A stretch of DNA of 64,000 bases from Mastigocoleus testarum BC008. GTDB taxonomy: Bacteria > Cyanobacteriota > Cyanobacteriia > Cyanobacteriales > Nostocaceae. The notes under the pieces are model-generated. The model made no database searches. It had not been told where the DNA came from and worked only from the letters and a program-made list of their open reading frames with translations. This document shows, in pieces, positions 42,224 through 52,473 of the stretch. Made by a program: the position numbers and the translations under genes. The stretch covers positions 1 to 64,000 of the forward strand of contig NZ_LMTZ01000096.1 of the NCBI RefSeq assembly GCF_001456025.1, written 5' to 3'. Positions within the stretch are counted from its first letter, which is position 1. The number at the start of each line of letters is the position of its first letter.

Positions 42224-42288
42224 CTGGGGATTAGCGACTGGGGACTGGGGATTGTGAATTATTTACTTCTTACTTCTTACTTCTTACT
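42224..42288. repeat. STRR-type heptamer repeats (ACTGGGG x about 3, then TACTTCT x about 4)
   Basis: actggggattagcgactggggactggggattg ... ttacttcttacttcttacttcttact, lying between mnmE and the HAD gene. Confidence 0.8.
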
Positions 42289-42296
42289 CAAGATCG

Positions 42297-42962
42297 ATGT
42301 CTAAATTTAAAATGTTGGCGACTGACTATGATGAGACAATTGCTACAAAAGGTACATTGACTAACAGTGCCGAAAAAGCTTTATTACTTGCAAAAGAAGC
42401 AGGTTATCTTCTGAGTATAGTTACAGGAAGGGGATTTGATAGTTTATTATATGCCTGCCCCCAAATTGAAATGTTTGACTCAGTTGTTGCTGAAAATGGA
42501 GCAATCCTATACTTTCCATCTACTGGAAAACTAGAATTTTTAGCAAATAGTCCTCCCTTAGAATTTCTCGGTCAATTAATGAAAAATGGCGTCCCATTTC
42601 ATCAAGATAGAGTTGTGACGGCAGTTTACAGTCAATATGCTGAAAAAGTAAATGCTATAGTCAATGAATTTAAATTTCCTCTACAGATTATTCCCCATAA
42701 AAACCGACCTTTGATTTTACCTGCAGGAATAGATAAAGCAAAGGGACTAGAAAAAGCATTATTACATTTTGATTTTACAAGTGAGCGAGTAATTGCTATT
42801 GGCGATGCAGAGAATGATTTACAACTTTTCGATATTTGTGGATTTAAAGTTGCTGTTGGTAACGCACAAGATGTAGTCAAAGCAAAAGCTAATTGGGTTG
42901 CAACTAAAGTTCATGGTGATGGAGTTTCAGAGTTTATCAAGGAATATTTACTTGCTCCGTAG
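42297..42962 (+). CDS. HAD-IIB family hydrolase (Cof/sucrose-phosphatase-like)
   Basis: DYDETI motif I (DxDxT), a central cap region, and GDAENDLQLF motif IV. Confidence 0.6.
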   Translation: MSKFKMLATDYDETIATKGTLTNSAEKALLLAKEAGYLLSIVTGRGFDSLLYACPQIEMFDSVVAENGAILYFPSTGKLEFLANSPPLEFLGQLMKNGVPFHQDRVVTAVYSQYAEKVNAIVNEFKFPLQIIPHKNRPLILPAGIDKAKGLEKALLHFDFTSERVIAIGDAENDLQLFDICGFKVAVGNAQDVVKAKANWVATKVHGDGVSEFIKEYLLAP

Positions 42963-43076
42963 GTCTATTCATTATTTTCGCCATATTCTAGAGACAGGAC
43001 ATATCGCGTCTCTAAGACTTGTGACAAGCAGTAATTTATAAATTAACTACAAAGAATAAGAACAAAGGAAAAAGTA

Positions 43077-44126
43077 ATGGGTAGTTTTTTTCGTTCTAAT
43101 ATTGATGCAATGACCGGATATATCCCCGGAGAACAACCCAAACCTGGGAGTAAAATTATTAAGCTTAATAGTAATGAAAATCCCTATTCCCCTTCACCTG
43201 CGGTGGAAAAAGTGTTGCAAAATTTTGACTGGAAACGTTTACGCAGGTATTCCGATCCTTTTGCAAATGAATTCCGTAATGCTGTGGGTGAAGTGTTAGA
43301 TGTTCCCCCTGATTGGATAATTGTTGGTAACGGTAGCGATGAAGTTTTAAATTTAGTAATTCGCGCTTGTGCTGAACCAGGACGAAAAGTAGTTTACCCC
43401 ATGCCAACTTATGTACTTTATCGTACTTTGGCATCGATGCAACCAGCTGAAGTTATTGAAATTCCCTACCCAGAAGATTATCGTTTACCTGTTGAAGAAA
43501 TTATTCGGGCTGATGGTGCTATTACATTCATCGCTACACCCAATAGTCCTTCTGGACATGTAGTACCGTTAAAAGATTTGCGATCGCTAGCTACAAATCT
43601 GTCCGGTGTGTTAGTTGTTGATGAGGCTTATGTTGATTTTACAACGGAAGATGCATTGTCTATTGTTAAAGAGTTTGACAATGTAATTTCAATCCGGACT
43701 TTATCGAAAGGATATTCTCTTGCAGGGATTAGGCTGGGTTTTGGGATTGCGAATCCTAAACTATTGACAGGTTTGTATAAAATCAAAGACAGTTACAATA
43801 TAGATGCGATCGCCTGTGCTGTTGGTGCTGCTGCAATCCTAGATCGAGCTTATAAGAATGCTTGCATAGAAAAAATTACAACATCAAGGGAAAAGTTAGC
43901 ATCAGAATTCAGAGAACTAAGCTTTCGCGTTTGGGACTCCCAAACAAACTTTTTGCTCGTTCAACCACCCCGAGATAATGCTGAAGATATATACTTAAAA
44001 CTTAAAGCCCAAGGAATTTTAATTCGTTATTTTAAACAACCCGGTCTAAAAAATAAGTTACGCATCACCGTAGGTACAGATGAACAAAATCAAGAACTTA
44101 TAGCGAGTTTAATGCCTTTAGTTTAA
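43077..44126 (+). CDS. hisC: histidinol-phosphate aminotransferase
   Basis: Class II aminotransferase with the LNSNENPY start motif and an SKGYSLAGIRLGF PLP-lysine region. Confidence 0.85.
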   Translation: MGSFFRSNIDAMTGYIPGEQPKPGSKIIKLNSNENPYSPSPAVEKVLQNFDWKRLRRYSDPFANEFRNAVGEVLDVPPDWIIVGNGSDEVLNLVIRACAEPGRKVVYPMPTYVLYRTLASMQPAEVIEIPYPEDYRLPVEEIIRADGAITFIATPNSPSGHVVPLKDLRSLATNLSGVLVVDEAYVDFTTEDALSIVKEFDNVISIRTLSKGYSLAGIRLGFGIANPKLLTGLYKIKDSYNIDAIACAVGAAAILDRAYKNACIEKITTSREKLASEFRELSFRVWDSQTNFLLVQPPRDNAEDIYLKLKAQGILIRYFKQPGLKNKLRITVGTDEQNQELIASLMPLV

Positions 44127-44179
44127 TATCTTGAATTTATTTATTTAATATCTGTAATTTTACTTGGCTCATCTCAGGT

Positions 44180-46915
44180 TTATCTTGAATGCAAGCGAAA
44201 TAAGGAATGAGTTATTGGTATTTCGATAGTGAAGCTAGCACCTGTTCCTAGAGTTGATTCAAACGATAAATTTCCACCATGTTCATCCACAATAATTTGA
44301 TAACTAATTGACAAACCTAATCCAGTACCTTTACCTACATCTTTGGTGGTGAAAAATGGGTCAAATAGCTTAGCAAAAATTCCTGGTTCGATCCCAGCAC
44401 CGTTGTCTGTAATATTAACAGAAATCCTGTTTTGATTTATTTTTTTAGTTTGGATGTAAATCTGAGGGCTTGGAAATTCTGGTAAATGATTATAATTATC
44501 AGCTATATCTGACTCCAAAGAATCAATAGCATTAATCAAGATATTCATAAATACTTGGTTGAGTTGACCGGGATAACATTCAACTTGAGGAAGGTCACCA
44601 TAATTTTTGAACACCTTAATTTCTGGGCGATTTGATTTTGCTTTAAGACGATTTTGCAAAATCATTAATGTACTTTCAATACCTTCATGGATATCAACCT
44701 GCTTAAATGAAGCCTCATCAAGACGAGAAAAATTACGCAGAGAAATTACAATTTCTCGGATGCGTCGTGTACCTTCTTCCATGGAACGAAATAGTTTTGT
44801 CAAATCGTGAATGAGAAAATCAAGTTCGATAGATTCGATTTCTCGTTTAATTTCTTGGGGAGGATTAGGGTATTTTTTTTGATAAAGTTCCAAAAGACCC
44901 AATAAATCTCGAGTATATTCTCTTGCATGGGTGAGATTACCATAGATAAAATTAGCAGGATTATTAATCTCATGGGCAACACCTGCAACCATTTGACCCA
45001 AGGAAGACATCTTCTCACTTTGGATCAATTGTGCTTGAGCATGTTTTAACTCGTGTAAAGTCTTTTCTAACTCATTTGCTTTGTGATGCAACTGAATTTC
45101 TGCTTGTTTGCGACTGATACCGAGAGATATTTCATTTGCAACGAAAGATAACTCATTTAAAACAGATTCTGATAATTCATGGCGGGCGAACATTGCGATG
45201 ACCCCAACCAATTTGTGGTTAAATATCAGAGGATAGCCTGCAAAAGCAACCATAGATTCTTCTCTTGCCCACTTTTTATCGGTAACTCTTGGGTCAGTTT
45301 GTACAGAATTAGTTAAATGTGGCTGGCGTTCTTGAGCAATTAAACCAATTTTGTACTTACCTACAGGTACGCGACCGTGAAACCCATTAATATGGGTATA
45401 TATCCCGGCACTGGCTTGTAACTCTAAAACATTTTCTTGTGGATTTAGGGTCCAAATCCGAGCAAAAGCAGCATCGAGATATTTAACAACTAGTTCGGTA
45501 CAATGTTGCAGAATATGCTGTAAATTACCACTTGCTATCAGTGTAGAATTTATAGAAGCACGAAAAACAGAGAGTTGTATTTGTTCTTTAAGAGCTGCTT
45601 CTACTTTTTTACGTTCGCTAATATCTACAGATAACCCAGTAACCCCTATAATTTCACCTGCTTGGTTTCGCTGGGGGGAGTAATGACTTTCAAAAAATAT
45701 TCCATTTACTTTCACAACATCAGTTACTTCTTGTCCTGCAAAAGCTGAATCAATTTGGGCAAGAATTTCAGGAAAATCTTGGTAGAATTCATAGACAGAA
45801 ACCCCAATGACTTCTCCTGATTTAAGTCCCAAAGCTTGTAAACCTTTACCATCAGAAAAAGTAAAGCGAGCTTCTCGATCTAAAGCAAACAGAATAATTG
45901 GAGCATAGGAAATAACAGTTCGCAGTCTTTTTTCACTTTGGCGTAGTTCTAGAGTGCGCTCTTCTACTCTGGCTTCTAATTTCTCATTGAGTTCTTTGAG
46001 TTCTGCTTCAGCTTTCTTACGTTTGGTGATTTCAACGATACAACCATCCCAGACAATAGAACCATCTAATTGTAATTCGGGTTTAGACATTCCCCTTAAC
46101 CACTTCTGTTGACCGGAGATAGTAGTAATTCGCCACTCATATTCCCATTTTTCTAGTGTTAGAGCAGAAGTCAAAATACTTTCTTCTAAACCAGGGAAGT
46201 CACTTGGATGGACGCAATTATAGAGCAATTCATAGTTTTGCTGTACTTGTTGCGGCTCAAGTCCATAAATTTCCCGACATCCAGAGGAAATATAAGGAAA
46301 TGATACACTACCATCGGAATCGAGGCGAAACTGATAGATCATTCCTGGTAAGTTGTCTGTAATTCGGGAAAGACGTGTTTCTACTTGACGAAGTTGTGTA
46401 GTGCGTTCTTCTATTTTTGCCTCTAAGGTGTTCTTTAATTTTTTTAAGCTTTCTTCACCTTGTTTGCGTTCAGTTATATCCTCATAAGTACCGAGAATAC
46501 CAACTATATTACCCTGATAGTCTCGGAGTGGAATTTTATTGGTATCCACCCAAAATTGTTTTCCATCTGCTTGTTGCTGAGTTTCATGAATATGGAGTTG
46601 GGGTATTCCTTCCTCCATCACACGTCGATCGCATTCTCGGTACCATTCGGCTTCCTCGCATGTCCAAGGTAAATCGTAATCTGTTTTACCAATAATATTT
46701 TCCGGTTCTCCAACACCTGCATCGCGAGCAAAATTGCGGTTGCAACCCAGATAAACACCGTTACAGTCTTTCCAGAATATGGACTGGGGAATATTATCCA
46801 TTACTAGTTGCAATAATTGTTGCGACTGCGGAAATTCCATCTTTACTTGATGATTGTGTACTTCTAGTTGCTTATGAGGAATAAGTTGACCCAACTTGTT
46901 ACCTAAATCTGTCAT
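44180..46915 (-). CDS. multi-sensor signal transduction histidine kinase (PAS/PAC x3-4, GAF, HisKA, HATPase_c)
   Basis: Repeated PAS-like segments, a GAF-like region, an H-box [10 protein letters not shown], and N/G boxes ([24 protein letters not shown]). No receiver domain. Confidence 0.8.
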   Translation of the reverse strand: MTDLGNKLGQLIPHKQLEVHNHQVKMEFPQSQQLLQLVMDNIPQSIFWKDCNGVYLGCNRNFARDAGVGEPENIIGKTDYDLPWTCEEAEWYRECDRRVMEEGIPQLHIHETQQQADGKQFWVDTNKIPLRDYQGNIVGILGTYEDITERKQGEESLKKLKNTLEAKIEERTTQLRQVETRLSRITDNLPGMIYQFRLDSDGSVSFPYISSGCREIYGLEPQQVQQNYELLYNCVHPSDFPGLEESILTSALTLEKWEYEWRITTISGQQKWLRGMSKPELQLDGSIVWDGCIVEITKRKKAEAELKELNEKLEARVEERTLELRQSEKRLRTVISYAPIILFALDREARFTFSDGKGLQALGLKSGEVIGVSVYEFYQDFPEILAQIDSAFAGQEVTDVVKVNGIFFESHYSPQRNQAGEIIGVTGLSVDISERKKVEAALKEQIQLSVFRASINSTLIASGNLQHILQHCTELVVKYLDAAFARIWTLNPQENVLELQASAGIYTHINGFHGRVPVGKYKIGLIAQERQPHLTNSVQTDPRVTDKKWAREESMVAFAGYPLIFNHKLVGVIAMFARHELSESVLNELSFVANEISLGISRKQAEIQLHHKANELEKTLHELKHAQAQLIQSEKMSSLGQMVAGVAHEINNPANFIYGNLTHAREYTRDLLGLLELYQKKYPNPPQEIKREIESIELDFLIHDLTKLFRSMEEGTRRIREIVISLRNFSRLDEASFKQVDIHEGIESTLMILQNRLKAKSNRPEIKVFKNYGDLPQVECYPGQLNQVFMNILINAIDSLESDIADNYNHLPEFPSPQIYIQTKKINQNRISVNITDNGAGIEPGIFAKLFDPFFTTKDVGKGTGLGLSISYQIIVDEHGGNLSFESTLGTGASFTIEIPITHSLFRLHSR

Positions 46916-47537
46916 TATCTACATCAAGTTAAGAGCATCTTAAATCTCTAGATGTTACTGTAATTGTTTCAGAAATAACGCAATTTTTGCTGCGTTTTAA
47001 AGAGATTTTGGGAGCATAAACAACCTTAAGACTATATATTATTCCATTCAAACACGCGCAGCTACTATGTTTATTCTGAGTTATTTACATCAGTAAACAT
47101 AATGGTTCTGCAAATTACCCCTCCGTCATCATACCAGGGATACATCTCACTACTTATAGCTAATTAAAAGCTACTTATAGCTAATTAAAAGTAAGTAAGG
47201 TATAACTAACCTTCCAGAAAGCAGGTGCAAAGAGATTCCAATTCTGGCTCCTATCTCCCAAATTCTGTTAGCAAAGCAGTGGACTACCGGGCACAATTCT
47301 GCTCTCAATTATTTAATTTTTTCATCTACATTAGTAAAAATATACTTGAATGAGAAAGTTTTTGCTCCCTATTTTCTGTTACTTATAGCAATCATATTTG
47401 ATTAGCAGATAAAGTAAAGACATTGCAGAGGTTAAGCCAAAGCTTCAGGCTCTGCAACGCCTCTACAATATTGATTTTCATGAATCTCATAAATGATTTG
47501 GAATTGCTGATTGCTATATTCCCCGTTTAAATAATAA

Positions 47538-48737
47538 TTAAACAAACTTTTGACTGAACTCTTGGAGTAAATCTACTCTTCCTTTACGCAACATTGCTGG
47601 GTCTAATCTTTCAGTAGTGTTACAAGTCATCAAAACCACTAATCTTTGTCGCATTTGTATGCCAGAATGATCAATAACACTCTGGTATAGAGTTCCATCA
47701 AGTAAACTCAAAATATGCTCTGTTTTATTACTATATTGTGCTACTTCACTAGCGCGATCTTGAGCTAAATTATCTGCTTCGTTGATAATGAGACAAATTC
47801 TTTCTAAGTAAGATGGTGGAACAAAGTTGGAAATAGCATCATGATCCAAGATGAAGATAACATAACCCAAAGGTGCAAGGATTTCTTTCGCAACAGCTTG
47901 AGTCCAAGCTGTTTTCCCCGTCCCAGGTTTTCCGTGTACCAGAACAGCTAACTGGTTTTGATTAAGAATTGCTTGCTGTACTGAGTCAGTAAAAGTTTGG
48001 ATATTTGCTCCAAAAGTTTTGATGGGGAATTCACTATGAATTTTTCCCACACGACTTTGGTATCCACTCAGCATCACAGCTAAGTCGTAGGTTGCTTTAT
48101 TGATTAGTGGCTGTATATCTTTCGCCATTAAGGTATATTGTCTTCGACCTCTGTCATAGGGATCGATTTGGAGCCAAACATCATGTTGAGACCAATAAGC
48201 GTACACACTGTTGACAACATCCAAACGCTCCCAACCATTAAATTTTTCTACAGGAAAATAAAAGTCACGTTCTAAATAATATTGGGTAATAACATCCGGA
48301 CAACCTAGTAAATCTAAAACTCTGAATACAGCAATCTCCTGGAGACGGTTGAGGACATAGTCAATTGGAATACTATTACGGCTTACAAACTGAACTATGG
48401 GAGTCTCAGTGCTTAGAATATCTTTGTAACGATAGTCCGGCGATAAAGGTTCTGGTGTAATGTAATTCCAAAATTTTTCAACTTCATAACGCGTATCTTC
48501 AGAGAAAATATTTAATAAGTTTGCCCACCAAGCATAATTATTTCTACCTAAGTTTTCTCCAACACGACTTGCTAAATTCAAACTTTTTTGAGTTAACTCT
48601 TGCGTGTCTTGATGAAATAATTGCCACAAAAAATCCCAATCAAATTCACGATTAAATGGTCTCCAACCATTAGCAAGTAGGCTAGGTTGATTTTTGTTTC
48701 GATAGTCGTCACTTTTACCAAAATAATCAAATCCCAT
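47538..48737 (-). CDS. AAA-family ATPase with unassigned 230-aa N-terminal domain
   Basis: Walker A GKPGTGKT, Walker B LIINEAD, second region of homology/Arg finger MLRKGRVD. The N-terminal domain is Trp-rich and carries no known motif. Confidence 0.65.
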   Translation of the reverse strand: MGFDYFGKSDDYRNKNQPSLLANGWRPFNREFDWDFLWQLFHQDTQELTQKSLNLASRVGENLGRNNYAWWANLLNIFSEDTRYEVEKFWNYITPEPLSPDYRYKDILSTETPIVQFVSRNSIPIDYVLNRLQEIAVFRVLDLLGCPDVITQYYLERDFYFPVEKFNGWERLDVVNSVYAYWSQHDVWLQIDPYDRGRRQYTLMAKDIQPLINKATYDLAVMLSGYQSRVGKIHSEFPIKTFGANIQTFTDSVQQAILNQNQLAVLVHGKPGTGKTAWTQAVAKEILAPLGYVIFILDHDAISNFVPPSYLERICLIINEADNLAQDRASEVAQYSNKTEHILSLLDGTLYQSVIDHSGIQMRQRLVVLMTCNTTERLDPAMLRKGRVDLLQEFSQKFV

Positions 48738-49553
48738 ATTTGAATTTATGCAGCAATCAAAAATTAAGGAATCAAGATTTACAGATGATAATCTATTTTC
48801 AAATTTAAATGTTACGTATCCGAGTATTTTCTATCAAATTTGAAAAATTACTCGGAAGATATTTATGTATAAAAATTTTGTTATGTGTAATTTGCTATCG
48901 TTCAGATATCAATAAATAAGTAAGCCCTTAATATCGTAAAAATCTTATTGTTTCATATTGGAACTGTTAGACAGAGATTTAATTAGATAGAGATTTAAAT
49001 AGCTAGACAAATAAATTAGTCTAGTTAGCATGCAAATATATTTTTCAAGTAATATTGGTGTCACAACTCTATGAAAATTAGTAAGCAACACCAGAATCTT
49101 TTTGTAATGTAGTAATTGGATGGTAAAGTTACTTTAACTTTATAATTAAAGACTTATATTTAAATATTATTGGGATTCAATATTTTTAAGATTCAATATT
49201 TTATCCACATATCATGTATTACAATGTAATGCAAAACACTCTAGGTGTCAAGGCACTAAGTTATCTATTGATTAATAGTCAGGGAATTAGTTTTCATATA
49301 TTTAATCCCCAACTATTTTATTTACATTTCTTGTTACAAAAACGTTCGAGTAATAATTAATATTAAAAACTAATACCAATAATTTGCATTAGCTAACTAA
49401 ACACAGGAATAGTTAGTAAATTAACAATTTTTAATCTTTTCTTAAACCAGCTACTACCCGGTTTTATTTGTGGTTTTTTTAAGTAATAGTTAAAAATTGT
49501 ACAACAAAAAATACCTGTTAATATTTTGCTTACGACTAATTTAAGGATTTAAT

Positions 49554-50264
49554 TTAAGGATTAACATTCACTGTCCCCTTACATGCAAGTATTCCTTTAC
49601 TCAAATTCAAATATTGAATATCTACATCGTCTCCTAAATCAATATATTCTGTATGATTTTTTATTATATTTTCATCAGATTTAGTGATATGGATCGGAGA
49701 CAATTGTAACTTCTGAGAGCCCAATAAACTTAAGCCAATAACAATATCTACTTGCTCGTAAATACTTTGTTTACATAAATTTCCATTGAGCAATATTTTC
49801 CTTTCTTCAATAATGATTTTTTGCCAATTAGTTAACTTGGATTTAGCAATATCTTCTGGTAAAATCTGAGTCATGACATCGTTTAAAGCTGCGGATAATA
49901 ATGTTGATGGAAGAGAAGCGTTCAGGTCGCTTTCTTCAATTCTCAACTCACCAAACACTCGGACTGTTTCTAGTAGCTGTAGTGGTTGACCTTTGAGTAC
50001 TGAGCCAATATTAATGCGAATATTTTCTGCTATCAGCTGGACTTCGGTCAGGTGAATACCTTGATACACTGCGTCACTAGCAAGAATTGATACCCAGGGT
50101 ATGCAACCAGAAAGTATTTCACCATCGTTGGCTTTTATTTCCAGTTCTAATTGGGATATTTGACTTACTTGCGATCGCAGCCACAATTTAAGAGCCGCTG
50201 TGAGTACTTTGGTGAATACACGAATTTTTCTGGATTTTTTTTTCTTTGAGGTATTATGTGACAT
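49554..50264 (-). CDS. DUF2993 (LmeA-like) family protein
   Basis: Basic N-terminus plus TM. LKGQPLQLLETVRVFGELRIEESDLNASL resembles the DUF2993 family. Confidence 0.5.
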   Translation of the reverse strand: MSHNTSKKKKSRKIRVFTKVLTAALKLWLRSQVSQISQLELEIKANDGEILSGCIPWVSILASDAVYQGIHLTEVQLIAENIRINIGSVLKGQPLQLLETVRVFGELRIEESDLNASLPSTLLSAALNDVMTQILPEDIAKSKLTNWQKIIIEERKILLNGNLCKQSIYEQVDIVIGLSLLGSQKLQLSPIHITKSDENIIKNHTEYIDLGDDVDIQYLNLSKGILACKGTVNVNP

Positions 50265-50404
50265 TTGTTTACTCTAGCTTTATAAATGTGAAGTTACGAT
50301 TTAAATGTACTCGAGCAGAATTTAAATGTAGCGATTATCGCTATCAATAATTCATAAGCAGTATATACACTAATTTTCTAGATATAAAATATACCAGGTA
50401 TCAG

Positions 50405-51142
50405 ATGGGGGTGAAAATACAGAAAATACTATCACAGTGGGGAGTTGCTTCGCGAAGAAAAGCCGAAGAAATGATTAGGCATTCTCGCGTAAAAGTTAAT
50501 AATGAGCTAGCACATATAGGACAAAAAATAGACCCACAAATTGACATAATTGAAATTGATAATAATCCAGTATTACCTAAGAATAATCCGGAAAAAGTGT
50601 ACTTATTGTTACATAAACCTAAAGGTGTTGTAACAACATGTGATGACCCACAGGGAAGACAAACGGTTTTAGATTTATTACCACAAGAACTGAGAAAAGG
50701 AAAAGGAATTCATCCTGTTGGTCGTCTAGATGCTGATTCTACAGGAGCATTATTATTAACTAATGATGGCGAACTAACATTTCGACTGACTCATCCTCGT
50801 CACAGTGTCCCCAAGACTTATCGAGTAGTAGTAAAAGGATTTCCCCCGGAAGAAGTATTAGAACAATGGCGTCAGGGTGTGCTTTTAGATGGAAGGAGAA
50901 CTAGACCAGCAAAGGTGCGTCTGCTGAGAAAATTGGCTGCGACTAGTGAACTCGAAATTATTCTCAAGGAAGGAAGAAAACGCCAAATTCGCCTTGTGGC
51001 GAAACAAATGGGATACCCAGTAATCAAGCTGCATCGTACCGCTATTGGTCAAATCAAATTAAATACATCAAAAAAAGAGAGTCTATCTCCAGGACAATAC
51101 CGTTATCTCAAAGACTTTGAAGTTAATTTTTTGTACCAATAA
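50405..51142 (+). CDS. rRNA pseudouridine synthase (RsuA/RluB family)
   Basis: N-terminal S4 domain (KILSQWGVASRRKAEEMIR), catalytic HPVGRLDADSTGALLLTNDG, and KTYRV motif. Confidence 0.75.
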   Translation: MGVKIQKILSQWGVASRRKAEEMIRHSRVKVNNELAHIGQKIDPQIDIIEIDNNPVLPKNNPEKVYLLLHKPKGVVTTCDDPQGRQTVLDLLPQELRKGKGIHPVGRLDADSTGALLLTNDGELTFRLTHPRHSVPKTYRVVVKGFPPEEVLEQWRQGVLLDGRRTRPAKVRLLRKLAATSELEIILKEGRKRQIRLVAKQMGYPVIKLHRTAIGQIKLNTSKKESLSPGQYRYLKDFEVNFLYQ

Positions 51143-51233
51143 TTTGTATCAATAATTTGTGCGAATAATTTGTGCGAATAATCCCCGTATATCCCCATTA
51201 ATGATTAAGGTATTCCAAGGAGTCAAACCAAAG

Positions 51234-52034
51234 ATGAAGTGGTTTAAAAAGCAGGAAAAACAGCAGTCGAATATATCACTAGAAGAGCAAAGAGCAGAAA
51301 GATTAACGGAGATGGGTGCCCAACTACGCACTTGTCGTGAAGAAAAAGGTTTTTCGCTGGATGAAATTGTTGCAATGACAAGGATTTCACGTCGGTTATT
51401 GCAAGCAATAGAACAAGCGAATTTAGCGGAGCTTCCAGAACCAATTTATACTCAAGGTTTGATTAGAGAATTTGCTAATGTCCTTGGTTTTAATGGAGCG
51501 GAATTTGCTAGTACTTATCCTTTAGGTTCGAGTAAAATTACGATTAATTCACCCTGGGTTGTCAGACCAATTGGACAATTAAGCTCGGTACATCTTTATC
51601 TTATTTATATTTTCTTAATTTTATTTTCTATAAGTGGTTTATCTACTTTCTTAAATACTGCATCATTAAGTGCTAATAGTAATGTAAATGATTCGCAGTT
51701 GCAATTATCTCAAAATCCAGAAAAATCTCAGATAAATTCTGAAAAAGATTCCTCTGTTGGGAATCAAAAAAATAATCAACCATCCCAAAAACAAGTACAA
51801 GTAGGAATCACTTTGAAAGAAGAATCTTGGATTCGGGTGGTAGCGGATGGCAAAGTTAAATATGAAGGTAAATTAGCGAAGGGAAGTAAACGTAATTGGA
51901 AAGCAAATAAGGAACTTACAGTTCGTGCTGGGAATGCAGGGGGAGTTTTAGTAAGTGTCAATCAAGAAATGGCGAAAACAATGGGGAGATCGGGCGCGAT
52001 TGAAGAGGTGAAAGTTGCTACTTCTAGACAGTAA
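51234..52034 (+). CDS. rodZ: RodZ-like cytoskeleton protein (HTH_25 + TM + DUF4115)
   Basis: HTH region LRTCREEKGFSLDEIVAMTRIS, a TM helix (LYLIYIFLILFSI), and a C-terminal DUF4115-like beta domain. The start is taken at the ATG preceded by AAGGAG. Confidence 0.6.
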   Translation: MKWFKKQEKQQSNISLEEQRAERLTEMGAQLRTCREEKGFSLDEIVAMTRISRRLLQAIEQANLAELPEPIYTQGLIREFANVLGFNGAEFASTYPLGSSKITINSPWVVRPIGQLSSVHLYLIYIFLILFSISGLSTFLNTASLSANSNVNDSQLQLSQNPEKSQINSEKDSSVGNQKNNQPSQKQVQVGITLKEESWIRVVADGKVKYEGKLAKGSKRNWKANKELTVRAGNAGGVLVSVNQEMAKTMGRSGAIEEVKVATSRQ

Positions 52035-52107
52035 TTAGATGATTTATTTGTAATGACGACTATAGCGGTTTCTATTTGAATCAAATACATTTTCATATTC
52101 CCACTCT

Positions 52108-52157
52108 GTAGAGACGTTGCATGTATTCTGTAGAGACGTTGCATGCAACGTCTCTAC
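52108..52157. repeat. palindromic dispersed element, one partial plus one full copy (GTAGAGACGTTGCATGCAACGTCTCTAC)
   Basis: gtagagacgttgcatg tattct gtagagacgttgcatgcaacgtctctac. The same 28-mer occurs in-frame inside the giant CDS at about 57586. Confidence 0.8.
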
Positions 52158-52213
52158 GGGATTTATCTATTTACAAATCAAATATGATTGCTACAACACC
52201 GAGCAAGACCCAC

Positions 52214-52381
52214 TGGGAGCATCTCAATTTTTAAAATTTACCGAGAATATAGCTTGTCATTGCGAATGCAGCGAAGCAGAATGAAGCAATCGCAACATCT
52301 AGAATTTGTGATTGCTGAGGACGCGCTCCGCGAACGCTTCATTTCATTACGCTCGCAATGACAAAATTTGAGATGCTCCCA
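52214..52381. mobile_element. MITE-like imperfect palindromic element of about 170 bp with 13-bp terminal inverted repeats
   Basis: TIRs are GGGAGCATCTCAA ... TTGAGATGCTCCC. Internal arms are mutually complementary (cttgtcattgcgaatgcagcgaagc ... gcttcatttcattacgctcgcaatgacaa). The CGCAATGACA motif is shared with repeats at about 4040 and 54950-55060. Confidence 0.6.
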
Positions 52382-52473
52382 GAAGCACTGGCGTATTTGT
52401 GGTAGTGAAAATTCTTTTTACAATAATTTTTACAATAAAAGCAAGTTAATAAAATTATTTATATGTATGATTT

